This document shows positions 42,914 to 52,770 of a stretch of 64,000 nt of DNA, piece after piece. The stretch is from Polyangiales bacterium. GTDB taxonomy: Bacteria > Myxococcota_A > Polyangia > Polyangiales > Houyiibacteriaceae. Location of the stretch: positions 1,449,693 to 1,513,692 of the forward strand of contig OZ245758.1 of the NCBI GenBank assembly GCA_965227405.1, written 5' to 3'. A program made the position numbers and the translations under genes. Positions within the stretch are counted from its first letter, which is position 1, and every line of letters begins with the position of its first letter. The notes beneath the pieces were generated by a model that saw only the letters and a program-made list of their open reading frames with translations, was not told the DNA's origin and ran no database searches.

Positions 42914-45712
42914 CTAGGCGTCCGGTGCGGTAACCTTTTTGGCGGCTTTCTTCTTCGCAGCCTTCTTGGTCGTCTTCTTCGCGGCCTTCTTGGTCGTCTT
43001 CTTTTTGGCGGCCTTCTTGGTCGCCTTCTTCGCAGTCTTCTTCTTAGCTGCCTTCTTCGTCGTCTTCTTGGTCGACTTCTTCTTGGCTGCCTTCTTGGTC
43101 GACTTCTTCTTCGCCGCCTTCTTTTTCTTCTTCTTCGGGTTCGCGGCTTCTCGCTCCCGACGAAGCTGCAGCAACTCGGCCGCGCGGACGACGTCGATGG
43201 TCTTCGGATCGTCGCCTGTACGCAGCGACGCGTTGGTATCGCCATCCGTCACGTAGGGGCCCCAACGACCCTCCTTCAACACGATGGGCTTCTCGCTTAC
43301 CGGGTCGGTCCCGATCTCGCGCAGCGGCGGCTTCTCCACCTTGCCGCGTCGCTTCTTCGGTTGCGCCAAGAGTTTCAGCGCATCCTCAAGTGTGATCGTA
43401 AAGAGCTGGTCTTCGGTTTCGAGACTGCGGTTCTCTTTGTTGTGAACGATGTAGGGCCCGTAGCGTCCGTTGAACGCCATCACCGGCTCACCGTCCGCAG
43501 CGATGCCCACCTCACGCGGTAGCGAGAGCAACTTGAGCGCCTGGTCGAGCGTGAGCTCTTTCGGCTCCATGCTCTTGAGCAACGACGCTGTCTTCGGCTT
43601 CTCCTTGGCGTCCTTGCCACCCTCGCCGAGCTGTACGTACGGCCCGTAGCGACCCGCCTTGAGGAAAATCGTCAGGCCCGTGTCGGGATCGGCGCCGAGT
43701 TCACGGTCATCCGAAGGCGCGTCGAGAAGTTCGATCGCTTTCGCGAGATCCAACTCGTCCGGTGCGAGGTCGGGTGGAATCGACGCGGTCTTCTTGTCGT
43801 CGTCGACACCGGTCTGCACGTAAGGGCCGTACTGACCCATCCGAATCACAACGGCTTTGCCGTCCTCGGTTTTGCCGAGCGGAAACGTCTCGAGACGCTT
43901 CACCTCTTCGAGGTCGATCTCGTCCATCTTGGTTTTGACGCGGGTCTCCAAACCCTCGTCGCCCAAGAAGAAATCCTCGAGGTACTTGCTGCGCTTGCCC
44001 GACCCACTCGCGATCGCATCGAGGTCATCCTCCATGCGCGCGGTGAACTGGTAGTCCACCAAATCGCCGAAGTGCTCCTCGAGCAGACGCACGACCTGGA
44101 ACGCCTTGAACGAAGGAACGAGTGCACGTCCCTTCTTCCACACGTACCCACGGTCTTGAATCACGGACATGATCGACGCGTAGGTCGACGGGCGTCCGAC
44201 ACCCAACTGCTCCAGCATCTTGACCAACGACGCTTCGGTGAAACGCGCAGGTGGCTTGGTCTCGTGACCGGCCACCTCAAGGTCCGTTGCGGTGACCTTC
44301 TGGCTCTTCTTGAGCGGCGGCAGTTGCTTCTGGTTCTTGGCGAGATCCTTTTCGGGATCGTCGCTGCCTTCCACGTACGCCTTCTGGAAACCAGGGAAGG
44401 TAATGGTCTGACCACTCACACCAAAGAGCACCGACTTGCCGGCGGTGGTCTTGGCTTCAAGCGTCACGCTCAGGGTCTGTCCCTTCGCATCGGCCATCTG
44501 TGAGGCCACGGTGCGCTTCCACACCAGCTCGTAGAGCTTGGCTTCTTGCGCACCCACTTCCTTGGCCACCTGCGCAGGCATCTTGAACTCGTCGCCCGCG
44601 GGGCGAATCGCCTCATGAGCCTCTTGCGCGTTCTTGACCTTGCGCTTGTAGATGCGCGGCTCTTTCGGGACGTAGTCGTCGCCGTAGAGCTCTTTGATCT
44701 GCTTGCGCGCGGCGTCCAATGCCGTGTCCGAAAGCGTAGTGCTGTCGGTACGCATGTAGGTGATGTAACCGGTTTCGTAGAGGCGCTGCGCAACACGCAT
44801 TGTGCTGCGTGCACCCCAACCAAACTTGCGGCCTGCTTCCTGCTGAAGCGTCGAGGTCATGAACGGCGGCGCCGGTCGACGCGTCAAAGGACGCGTTTCG
44901 ACGGAAGCAACCGTAAAGCTCTTGCCCTTGAGATCGGTCGCCAATGTGTTGGCTTCCGCCTCGCTGAGGCACACGACATCTTTCTTGAGCTTGCCGTCCG
45001 CACCGAAGCTCTGACCGGTCGCGACGCGCTTGCCGTCGAACTCTTTGATCTCGGCTTCGAACTTCTCGTCCTCTTGCGTGACGAAGAGTCCGTCGAGATC
45101 CCAATACGACGCACGTACGAATGCAATGCGCTCACGCTCGCGCTCAACCACGATGCGCGTCGCAACACTCTGAACGCGACCCGCGGACTTACCGCGGCTC
45201 TTACGGCGCGACATGTCGCTCATCGCAAAGCCGTAGAGTCGGTCGAGAATGCGTCGTGCTTCTTGCGCGTCGACCAAACGCGTATCGATCTCGCGCGGAT
45301 TATCGACGGCCGCGAGAATCGCTTTCTTGGTGATCTCGTGAAACACCATGCGCTTCACGGGCACCTTGGGGTTGAGCACCTCCACGAGGTGCCACGCGAT
45401 GCTCTCCCCTTCGCGGTCCTCATCAGTCGCGAGCAGAAGTTCATCGGACTGCTTCAGAATCTTCTTCAGCTGCGCGATGTGCTTCTTGCGATCCGGGGAC
45501 ACGATGTAGAGCGGCTTGAAGTCGTCCTCCACATCGACCGCGTAGGTCTTGATGTAGGTGTTCTTGGACTTGACCTCTTTGGTGAGCTCCGAGGGCCGCG
45601 CGAGATCGCGGATATGCCCAATGGAAGACTCCACCACGAAGTCAGAACCCAAGTATTTCCCAATGGTTTTGGCCTTGGCGGGAGACTCGACGATGACGAG
45701 GGCGCGGGACAT
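42914..45712 (-). CDS. topA: DNA topoisomerase I with a Lys-rich (AAKKK/TKKAAKKK)n C-terminal tail
   Basis: Toprim N-terminus MSRALVIVESPAKAKTIGKYLG...GHIRDL. Type IA topoisomerase core. About 90-aa Lys/Ala/Thr tail. Confidence 0.95.
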   Translation of the reverse strand: MSRALVIVESPAKAKTIGKYLGSDFVVESSIGHIRDLARPSELTKEVKSKNTYIKTYAVDVEDDFKPLYIVSPDRKKHIAQLKKILKQSDELLLATDEDREGESIAWHLVEVLNPKVPVKRMVFHEITKKAILAAVDNPREIDTRLVDAQEARRILDRLYGFAMSDMSRRKSRGKSAGRVQSVATRIVVERERERIAFVRASYWDLDGLFVTQEDEKFEAEIKEFDGKRVATGQSFGADGKLKKDVVCLSEAEANTLATDLKGKSFTVASVETRPLTRRPAPPFMTSTLQQEAGRKFGWGARSTMRVAQRLYETGYITYMRTDSTTLSDTALDAARKQIKELYGDDYVPKEPRIYKRKVKNAQEAHEAIRPAGDEFKMPAQVAKEVGAQEAKLYELVWKRTVASQMADAKGQTLSVTLEAKTTAGKSVLFGVSGQTITFPGFQKAYVEGSDDPEKDLAKNQKQLPPLKKSQKVTATDLEVAGHETKPPARFTEASLVKMLEQLGVGRPSTYASIMSVIQDRGYVWKKGRALVPSFKAFQVVRLLEEHFGDLVDYQFTARMEDDLDAIASGSGKRSKYLEDFFLGDEGLETRVKTKMDEIDLEEVKRLETFPLGKTEDGKAVVIRMGQYGPYVQTGVDDDKKTASIPPDLAPDELDLAKAIELLDAPSDDRELGADPDTGLTIFLKAGRYGPYVQLGEGGKDAKEKPKTASLLKSMEPKELTLDQALKLLSLPREVGIAADGEPVMAFNGRYGPYIVHNKENRSLETEDQLFTITLEDALKLLAQPKKRRGKVEKPPLREIGTDPVSEKPIVLKEGRWGPYVTDGDTNASLRTGDDPKTIDVVRAAELLQLRREREAANPKKKKKKAAKKKSTKKAAKKKSTKKTTKKAAKKKTAKKATKKAAKKKTTKKAAKKTTKKAAKKKAAKKVTAPDA

Positions 45713-45802
45713 AAGGGATGTGCTCTAAAGCGGATGGTCGCTGGGTTGTCAAATCGGAAGCGAAGTGCTCAGTCGGCGAATCGGGTGCAACTAGCCGACT
45801 TC

Positions 45803-45840
45803 ACGACGAAACCCCGCCACGCAGCGAAGCGCGAGCGGGG
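45803..45840 (-). terminator. Hairpin (ccccgc...gcgggg) followed by UUUCGUCG on the minus strand, downstream of the Zn-ribbon gene
   Basis: Read directly. Confidence 0.4.
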
Positions 45841-45864
45841 CTCATGAGGAACCGCGAAGCGAGA

Positions 45865-46128
45865 TCAGGCTTCGCCGTAGAAGCCGGCCTCTTCCTCAGC
45901 GGCCTGCTTTGCGCGGAATTCTTCGGCGCAGGTTGGGCACGCGAGGGCTTCCTTGGCGATTTCGTATCCGGCTCCACCAGAGTCGTCCATGTGCTTTGCC
46001 TTGCGGCCTACGCGCATTTTGTGGGCCTTCGGGCGGCTCGGGTACTCGGTCGGTCGGGTCTCAGTAATGACCTTCGAGCAGCGGGTGCGCGGCGGTTGAA
46101 CGGTGTTGCAGAGCTCACAGCGGTACAT
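45865..46128 (-). CDS. Small zinc-ribbon protein (CxxC...CxxC), 87 aa
   Basis: MYRCELCNTV...ACPTCAEEF. Lies between the sulfatase gene and topA on the same strand. Confidence 0.5.
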   Translation of the reverse strand: MYRCELCNTVQPPRTRCSKVITETRPTEYPSRPKAHKMRVGRKAKHMDDSGGAGYEIAKEALACPTCAEEFRAKQAAEEEAGFYGEA

Positions 46129-46205
46129 GTCGATCTAGTTCCTAGAAAAGTGGGTCTGCCGAGATAGCGGATCCCTTTCGGGCGTGCAACTCACGCCAAA
46201 GTCGA

Positions 46206-46249
46206 GGTGTAAATTCCAGGGACAGGTTCATTAATGAACCGACCCATGG
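46206..46249 (+). repeat. Dispersed repeat element, copy B (subfamily 2): GGTGTAAATTCCAGGGACAGGTTCATTAATGAACCGACCCATGG, with a conserved extension (AACTnnCTGAAAT) shared with copy C
   Basis: Contains the perfect palindrome GGTTCATTAATGAACC. Its ATG starts track ORF 46234..46572, which is rejected as a gene because it is antisense to the sulfatase 3' end. Confidence 0.65.
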
Positions 46250-46294
46250 TCGCCAACTACCTGAAATCGCTCAGGTCGAGAAAACGAGCGACCC

Positions 46295-49200
46295 TCAGTC
46301 GCAGTACTGCGTCAGACCACGCTCGCAACACGACTCGCGACTCGCGTATCCAAGCGCGCAGTTCTTCGCAGCCTGCTCGTCGTCGATCTCGACTGTCACG
46401 CCTTCGACCGCTCCTTCACGAGCAGCCTGGCTCTGTTCGCTCAGCGTCGACTGCAGAACCTCGAGATCGGCTTCCGAAGACTCAGCAACGTTTCGCTCTT
46501 CGCCCGGATCGTAGTCCACACGATACAGCTCCACTTCCTCGAGCCCGCGCGGGTTGCGCGCGTTGGCCGTGATCAGCTTCCACTCGTCGGTGCCGCGACG
46601 CTGACGAACCGACTCGAGCACGTTGCCCTCGTGGCTCTCCTCCGCGTAGACGACGTCACTGCCCTCGAAGATGTCGCCACCCTGCATTCCATCGGGCGGC
46701 TCGAGACCGGCGAGACCCACCAAGGTCGGCATCAGGTCCACACTCTGCGTCCAGTGACCAATACGCGTTCCACCACGCGCGTTGTTCGGCAGCTTCACGA
46801 AGAGCGGAATCCGGATCTGCTCGTCGTAGAGCGTCGTGCCGTGCCAGAACCCGCCGTGCTCGCAGAACTCCTCACCGTGGTCAGACGTGATCACGATGGT
46901 CATGTCGTCGTACACACCACGACGCTTCAGGTCTTCGATGAGCGCGCCGAAGTGCTCGTCCCAGTACTCGATCTCGCCGTCGTACAACCCGCGCAGACGA
47001 TCCGCTTCCGAAGGATCCGGGCGCTGGTTGGCCGCACGTGAGTAGCCCGTTCCGTCGTAGGGATGCGGATAGTAGGGATCGTGCGGATCCATGTAGCCGA
47101 CGAAGAAGAAGAAGGGTCGGTCCGAATCCACTTCGTCAAGCCAGCGCGAAACCGTGGCGTTGACGTGCGTCGCATCTTGGTACGCCACACCGGGTGCCAC
47201 CCGTCCAAGCGCAGCGTCGATCTTCTCGCTGATTCGCTTGAACACCGACATCAACAAGAGCTTCGCAGCGGCGTCATCGGCGCCAAACACGTAGTTGGGC
47301 TCGAGGTATTCGTAGCTGTCGAAGCCCTGACCGAAGTTGTAGTAGGGCGCGACGTTGTGGTTGGTCGCGACACCACGCGTTTGCCAACCGGCGGCACGAA
47401 AGACTTCGGGCATTGTGACCAGCTCATCGGAAAGTGCCGAGCTCTTGTCCATGACGCCGTGGCTCGAAGGCATGCGGCCCGTCATGATCGAAGCGAAGCT
47501 CGGACGCGTCCAACTCGCGTTGGCAAAGGCCATGTTGAAACGAATCGCGTCTTCGGCGAACGAGTCCAAGTTGGGCGTTTCGATCGCGTCGTAGCCGTAG
47601 AGCGGAAGGTGGTCTGCACGCAGGGTGTCGACCACGATCACCAAAACGCTGTTGGCGTCGGCGGGTGCTTCGACCTCGTCGCCATTCGATAGCGCTTCAG
47701 CCGGATCGCCGTTGAAGAAGGTCGCGAGCGAAAGCACGCCGCAGAGGATTCCGACAACCACCGGAGAGCCCCACGCACGCAGCATGATCTCGCCGGGTCG
47801 ACGCGCGACGATCCAGCGCAGCCCCGCCGATACCGCGAGGTAGAGAATCCCGGCGCCCACAACACACGCGAGCAACACGCCAAGACCCATCGCGCTCTTC
47901 CAGACCAGCTCCTCATGAAACACGTCACGACGCACGCGGAAGGCGGTCAGCGCCAACCCAAAGAGCGCGATCAGAAACGCAGTCATGCGTGCATACGCAG
48001 CCGGTTCGGGCATCGCCGGTCGTTTCATCCAGCGACCCGAAAGCGCCAACACAAAGCCCATCCCTGCGCCCATGAGCGCGCAGAAGATTCCGTACACCAT
48101 CGCCCCGTAGGCGAGGACACCGGGACCGACCGTGCCGTTCCCCAAAGCAATGACCACAGCGGCTTCGCTGGTCCCAATAACTAAACCAGCGAGTGCACCG
48201 GCACCGAGGCCAATGGTCAGACCGCGAAGCGGCTTGGGCTGCTCGGCACGCTCAACCTCTTCGATGGCTTCGATGGCCCGTTGTTCGTGCTCGAGCTCGT
48301 CGACCTCGATCTCAGGCTTGTACCCGTCGCGACGCGCCAAAAAGATCAAACCGCCCACCGCAGATACAGTCATCTCACAGAGGATGAAGCCACCCGCCAT
48401 GAGCAGAATCGCCGCGGACTCTGGAAGACCGACAGCTGCAGACGAAAAGAGCGCAACCGCCGACATCTCGCGCAGACCCAGGCCGTTGATCGACGCAGGA
48501 AGAATCGTGGCGAGAATCGTGAGGTTCGCACCAAAGAAGACCACGCCGATCGGCAGGTCCAGTCCGAATGCTTGTGCGGAGCAAACGTAGATCAGGTTGT
48601 TGAACGCGTGGACACCCACGCCAAGTGCGAAGGCCTTCGCGAGGAGTTTGCCTTTGCCCTCGTAGGCGCACACCGCGTCGAGAAGCGTTTGGACGCGCGC
48701 TTGAACCTGGCGAGGCAGAAAGCGGGCGAACGTACGAAAGAGCTTCGGCTTGGCGAGCAGCAGCAGCGCCGTGCCGATGATACCGGTGAAGCAGGCGACC
48801 AGGATGTACACCGCGTTCATGCCGATGAGTTGCGCACCGAAGAGCAGTGCGCCGAAGACGACCACAACGCCCATGGCCGCTTGGCCGAGGAACGTCTCGA
48901 CACCGATCGTCGCTGTGGCGCGAGCAACCTTGCCCGTGTGCTTGGCGACGTCGTAGATGCGCCAGCCGCCAAAGCCGGTGAACCCCCCCGGAGTGAACGC
49001 GCCGAAGAAGCGCGCGATCATGATCGAGCCACCGAGAAAGCCCCAGCCTGGACGAATGCCCTGACCGCCGAGCAGCGTTTTCCAGCGAAGCGTCGCGAAC
49101 GAGATCGCGATCAACTGCATGACGATGCCAGCGCCGATCCATCCCCAGGAGATGTCGCTCAGCCGTGCCCACAGATCTTCGCTTCCGTCTCGCCCGAGGA

Positions 49201-49354
49201 CCTTGCGGAAGATCAGCCAATAGGCGCCGACCGCGAAGGCGACCTTCAACGCAAGCAGAAGGATGCGCTTCGGAGTCCATCGACCCTTCGGCTGGGTTTG
49301 TTCACGCTGCGCGTGATCGCTCGTAGTGTCCTCGCCCGGACGCTCGTCGCTCAT
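46295..49354 (-). CDS. Membrane protein fusion: N-terminal lysyl-phosphatidylglycerol-synthase-like TM (flippase-like) region, additional TM helices, and a C-terminal sulfatase / alkaline-phosphatase-superfamily domain (LtaS/MdoB-like)
   Basis: Start chosen at MSDERPGED (RBS AAGGAAAGGG). VLVIVVDTLRADHL and VITSDHGEEF sulfatase motifs. Confidence 0.75.
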   Translation of the reverse strand: MSDERPGEDTTSDHAQREQTQPKGRWTPKRILLLALKVAFAVGAYWLIFRKVLGRDGSEDLWARLSDISWGWIGAGIVMQLIAISFATLRWKTLLGGQGIRPGWGFLGGSIMIARFFGAFTPGGFTGFGGWRIYDVAKHTGKVARATATIGVETFLGQAAMGVVVVFGALLFGAQLIGMNAVYILVACFTGIIGTALLLLAKPKLFRTFARFLPRQVQARVQTLLDAVCAYEGKGKLLAKAFALGVGVHAFNNLIYVCSAQAFGLDLPIGVVFFGANLTILATILPASINGLGLREMSAVALFSSAAVGLPESAAILLMAGGFILCEMTVSAVGGLIFLARRDGYKPEIEVDELEHEQRAIEAIEEVERAEQPKPLRGLTIGLGAGALAGLVIGTSEAAVVIALGNGTVGPGVLAYGAMVYGIFCALMGAGMGFVLALSGRWMKRPAMPEPAAYARMTAFLIALFGLALTAFRVRRDVFHEELVWKSAMGLGVLLACVVGAGILYLAVSAGLRWIVARRPGEIMLRAWGSPVVVGILCGVLSLATFFNGDPAEALSNGDEVEAPADANSVLVIVVDTLRADHLPLYGYDAIETPNLDSFAEDAIRFNMAFANASWTRPSFASIMTGRMPSSHGVMDKSSALSDELVTMPEVFRAAGWQTRGVATNHNVAPYYNFGQGFDSYEYLEPNYVFGADDAAAKLLLMSVFKRISEKIDAALGRVAPGVAYQDATHVNATVSRWLDEVDSDRPFFFFVGYMDPHDPYYPHPYDGTGYSRAANQRPDPSEADRLRGLYDGEIEYWDEHFGALIEDLKRRGVYDDMTIVITSDHGEEFCEHGGFWHGTTLYDEQIRIPLFVKLPNNARGGTRIGHWTQSVDLMPTLVGLAGLEPPDGMQGGDIFEGSDVVYAEESHEGNVLESVRQRRGTDEWKLITANARNPRGLEEVELYRVDYDPGEERNVAESSEADLEVLQSTLSEQSQAAREGAVEGVTVEIDDEQAAKNCALGYASRESCCERGLTQYCD

Positions 49355-49545
49355 GAATCCCTTTCCTTGTGTCGTCGTTCGCCCCGACGACTCCTTGCGG
49401 TAGCTGGCGCTGACGAATCGGTCAAAAATTCGCAGCTCAGGAGGGAAATCCACGCGAAATCCCCCACATTCCGCCGTCAGGGATTCCCTCCCTCAAAAGC
49501 AGCGCAATGTTGCGCGCGATCTCGGGTGTTGGTAGCAGCGTGGAC

Positions 49546-50910
49546 ATGCGACTTCGGCTCGGATTGGCGTTCGGACTCTTCGTGATCGTGATGTACGTGG
49601 CGTGCGGCGGTGAGAACCGCGAAACGCCCAACAACGAGACTCCAGACAACACCACGATGGAAACGTCGATGAGTTCGATGGGCACCTCGATGGCACCCCG
49701 CGAGACCAACGACGAACCCCGTGGGGACGAGATCCCCGACAACCTCACCCGCGGTCTGCTGATCACCTACTCGCCCTTCGACCAAAACGAGCAAGGCAAC
49801 TGGGTCGTTCCACAGCCAGCACGCTTGGAGATGCTGACGCGTCGCAACGGCGAATGGAGCGCCCAGGTGATCACCGATGAAGACAGCAACGTCTTCCACA
49901 AAGCGATGGTCTACGACCCGCCTGGTGATGCAGCCCCCGGCGTTCTCACCATCGGTGGCATGGAGGCGTACGTGAAGCTTTGGCGCCGCGTCGACGGTGA
50001 CTGGCAGGCCGAGACGCTGTGGCACGAGAACTTCGGCGGTGAACGCAACCGCATGCGCGACGTTGAGATTGCCCACCTCTACCCTGGTGGTCAGGCGGCA
50101 CTTGCCATCGCCACGCACGACCAGGGCATCTTCGCGACCATCCGGCCCGACGGTGAGAACTGGAACGTCACGCAAAGCGCACGACACCCGAACACGTTCG
50201 TGCACGAAGTTGAGATCGGAAACCTCAACGGCGACGGCAACCTCGAGGTCTACACCACGCCGAGCGAGCCCAACACGATGCAGGGCGGCACCCAGTCGGG
50301 GCAGGTTCTTCGTTACATTCCCGCAGAAAACATGGAGGGAACGGTCGTTGCCGATCTCGGAAACCGCCACGCCAAAGAGATCTGGGTCGGCGATGCAGAC
50401 GGCGATGGAACCGACGAACTCTACGTTTCGGTCGAGGGTCTGACGCGCCGCGAAGGTGGCACCCTCGAGGTGATCGAACCGGTCGAAATTCGTCGCTACG
50501 ACGCAGATACTCCGCCCGATCAGGGTGTCGTGATTGCCCGCATTGAAGGCGACCACCTGATGCGTTTCTTGACCGTCGGCGACATCGACGGAGACGGAGA
50601 CAAAGAGATGGTCGCAGCATCGTTTAGCCGCGGCTTGTGGCTACTGCGTCCGGGATCGAACCCACGCTCGGAGTGGAGCAAGGAAAGCATCGACCGCGAG
50701 TCGGGTGGATTCGAACACGCGTCGATCCTCGCCGACCTGGATGGCGACGGAACCGACGAGCTCTACGTGTCTTCGGACAACCACGGCGAGCTTCGCCGCT
50801 ACGTGTGGATCAACGGGTCACCGCGACGAAGCGTGATTCATCGTCGCGCCGAACCGCGTTCGATGATCACCTGGAACCTGATGCCTGCGCCAGCGGAACT
50901 GATTCGCTGA
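49546..50910 (+). CDS. Lipoprotein with FG-GAP / integrin-alpha-type Ca-binding repeats (beta-propeller-like)
   Basis: MRLRLGLAFGLFVIVMYVACGG lipobox. Repeats GDADGDGTDELYVS, GDIDGDGDKEMV, ADLDGDGTDELYVS. Confidence 0.7.
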   Translation: MRLRLGLAFGLFVIVMYVACGGENRETPNNETPDNTTMETSMSSMGTSMAPRETNDEPRGDEIPDNLTRGLLITYSPFDQNEQGNWVVPQPARLEMLTRRNGEWSAQVITDEDSNVFHKAMVYDPPGDAAPGVLTIGGMEAYVKLWRRVDGDWQAETLWHENFGGERNRMRDVEIAHLYPGGQAALAIATHDQGIFATIRPDGENWNVTQSARHPNTFVHEVEIGNLNGDGNLEVYTTPSEPNTMQGGTQSGQVLRYIPAENMEGTVVADLGNRHAKEIWVGDADGDGTDELYVSVEGLTRREGGTLEVIEPVEIRRYDADTPPDQGVVIARIEGDHLMRFLTVGDIDGDGDKEMVAASFSRGLWLLRPGSNPRSEWSKESIDRESGGFEHASILADLDGDGTDELYVSSDNHGELRRYVWINGSPRRSVIHRRAEPRSMITWNLMPAPAELIR

Positions 50911-51289
50911 CCGGTTCCTTGGCCAACTTGAGTTGCGTCGTCGCTTTCTCTTTCTTGCGACGCGGCTTGCGCGGCTTCTTCGTCGGCTGAAGCACGATCG
51001 ATTCGAGCTGCTCACTCAGCTCCGTATCGTCCGACGCGTATACGCGTGCGTACTGCTGAGCGCGCAACGCGGTCTTGAGCAACTCCGCGCGTTGGGTGTC
51101 GAGCGCGCTACGGGCTTGCTCAAGTTCGGCTTGGCGTTGGGTGACGAGCGCGAACGCGTCTTCAACACCGCGGACTTGTTCTGCAAGCACGTCGCGATCG
51201 ACGTCGGGAAAACGAACCTCCGAGAGGGAGTCTTCGAAAAGCGCGAGAAGGTCGTGGATAGCGGAGGAAATCGGAGCTTGACTGTTCAT
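50867..51289 (-). CDS. Hypothetical protein with a basic C-terminal tail
   Basis: Start at MNSQAPISSAIHDLL. No domain recognised. Confidence 0.4.
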   Translation of the reverse strand: MNSQAPISSAIHDLLALFEDSLSEVRFPDVDRDVLAEQVRGVEDAFALVTQRQAELEQARSALDTQRAELLKTALRAQQYARVYASDDTELSEQLESIVLQPTKKPRKPRRKKEKATTQLKLAKEPVSESVPLAQASGSR

Positions 51290-51315
51290 TCGTTCAGTAT
51301 ACTCAAATCCGCTCT

Positions 51316-52017
51316 CTAGACCAGTTCGGGAGCAAACACCTCCACGTCCACGCCGGGCGAGTAGTGGATCAACTCCGGTCCTTCGCTCGGTGCAGGCAGG
51401 GCCGCCGCTGCGATCAACGACTCCTCGCAACGCGTCACCTGTGCGTCGAAGGCGGGGTATGGAACGTGATGCACCTGGCCACGAACAAGCCGACCGCGCT
51501 TGATCGCGAACAGATAGTAGCGCTCCAAGAAGAAGTGCTCATGTGAACCCAAGGGTGATGCGCCGAGCTCGTTCCCGATCGTGTAGTCGACCCGAAGGTG
51601 CGCTCCATCGGCGTGACGAACGGTCTCGAACGTTCCCGCCGACGCCGACATCGTCGCGTGGTGATAGGGCAAGCCCCAACCGGTACGCGCGGCTTGAACC
51701 GCAAGCCATGAGCTTGCTTCAAGCGAGAAGAAGTACACGCCCGGCTGATCGTTGTAGTGCACGTACGTGCGTAGGTTGCATTCGAGAAAGTTGAACGCGA
51801 GTGCGCTGGGCCACCACGAAGGCGCGATGTCACGCATCAGGAAGGGAACGACACCCACCCACGCACGCCCGTCGTAGAGATCGAGTTCGAGCTCGTCAGG
51901 AACGACGGCGCGCATCGCGTCAACAGGAACCGACCAGTGAAGGAAGAGCAACTCGCGCCAACGCTGAGTACCCGCGTTGGATCCAGGCGGTCGAATCGAA
52001 GGAGCGTGCCGATCCAC
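51316..52017 (-). CDS. DUF2071 (YqjF-like) family protein
   Basis: N-terminal WRELLFLHW and the overall pattern are typical of the DUF2071 family. Confidence 0.6.
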   Translation of the reverse strand: MDRHAPSIRPPGSNAGTQRWRELLFLHWSVPVDAMRAVVPDELELDLYDGRAWVGVVPFLMRDIAPSWWPSALAFNFLECNLRTYVHYNDQPGVYFFSLEASSWLAVQAARTGWGLPYHHATMSASAGTFETVRHADGAHLRVDYTIGNELGASPLGSHEHFFLERYYLFAIKRGRLVRGQVHHVPYPAFDAQVTRCEESLIAAAALPAPSEGPELIHYSPGVDVEVFAPELV

Positions 52018-52021
52018 AAGT

Positions 52022-52733
52022 CATGGTTACGGTACTGCTCTTGAACGTTCGAATCCATCTCGACCACCCGCTTTCGCTCGCGCAGATCCGCGGGTTGCGA
52101 AGGCTTGTGCCGTATCTCCGCACGCGTCGTGCTGTCGATATTCGGGAGATTCTCGCGCGACAGCGTTGGTGGATTGCAACTGGGGTCAACGACATCCGGA
52201 AAGCCCTGCGTGAGTTGGGATTCCGGTTCGAGACGTTCGAACACGGTGAGTACGGTGCGACGTTTCTCCGCTCTGTACTCACGTCCGACCTCGAAGCCGA
52301 AGACGCGGGGTTTGACGTTGTCTTTGAGCCCTCGTTCACTCCACAAAGCATCGTTTGGGCCAGTGCTGAACGCATCGAGCTCGTGGCGTCACCTGTCGGT
52401 CTTCACACGCAGTTCTTCACCGACTCGCAACACGCGTCGCACCAAGAGTTCCAGGTCCTTCGAGAAACCATCACGTATCGCGAGCCAGCGCTTCAACTGC
52501 TCGCGCACGCGACTCCCGATCGTGGAAGAGATTTTGGTCTTGATGGAACCACCGTGACGCTTCGATCACGCCGGACGAGCGAAGTGCGCACCACGGAGAT
52601 GTGGTGTCCGTCACGTGCGAGCCACACTGAGGCGTACTCGGTGATCGCACGCGTACTGACGCTGCTGGAAGACGAGCTACGCGACGAACGCCTGCGACGT
52701 TGTGTGCAACGTTTGCGCTCAACGCTGGGCTAG
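52022..52733 (+). CDS. Hypothetical protein. Coding status is uncertain.
   Basis: Open frame with protein-like composition, but GC3 is clearly lower than in neighbouring genes, and its start lies 5 bp from the divergent DUF2071 start. Confidence 0.3.
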
Positions 52734-52770
52734 TACCGTTTCAACGCCAAAGTGATCTTAGCACCCACGT

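Noticed and set aside
46234-46572. ORF MNRPMVANYLKSL... starting inside repeat copy B
   Set aside because: Its ATG belongs to the conserved repeat element (the same MNRPM peptide start recurs at copy C with a 22-aa dead-end ORF), and it runs antisense through the 3' end of the sulfatase gene.
51837-52375. Minus ORFs 51837..52346 and 51920..52375
   Set aside because: Their composition is not protein-like and they overlap the DUF2071 5' end. The plus-strand frame is retained only at low confidence.
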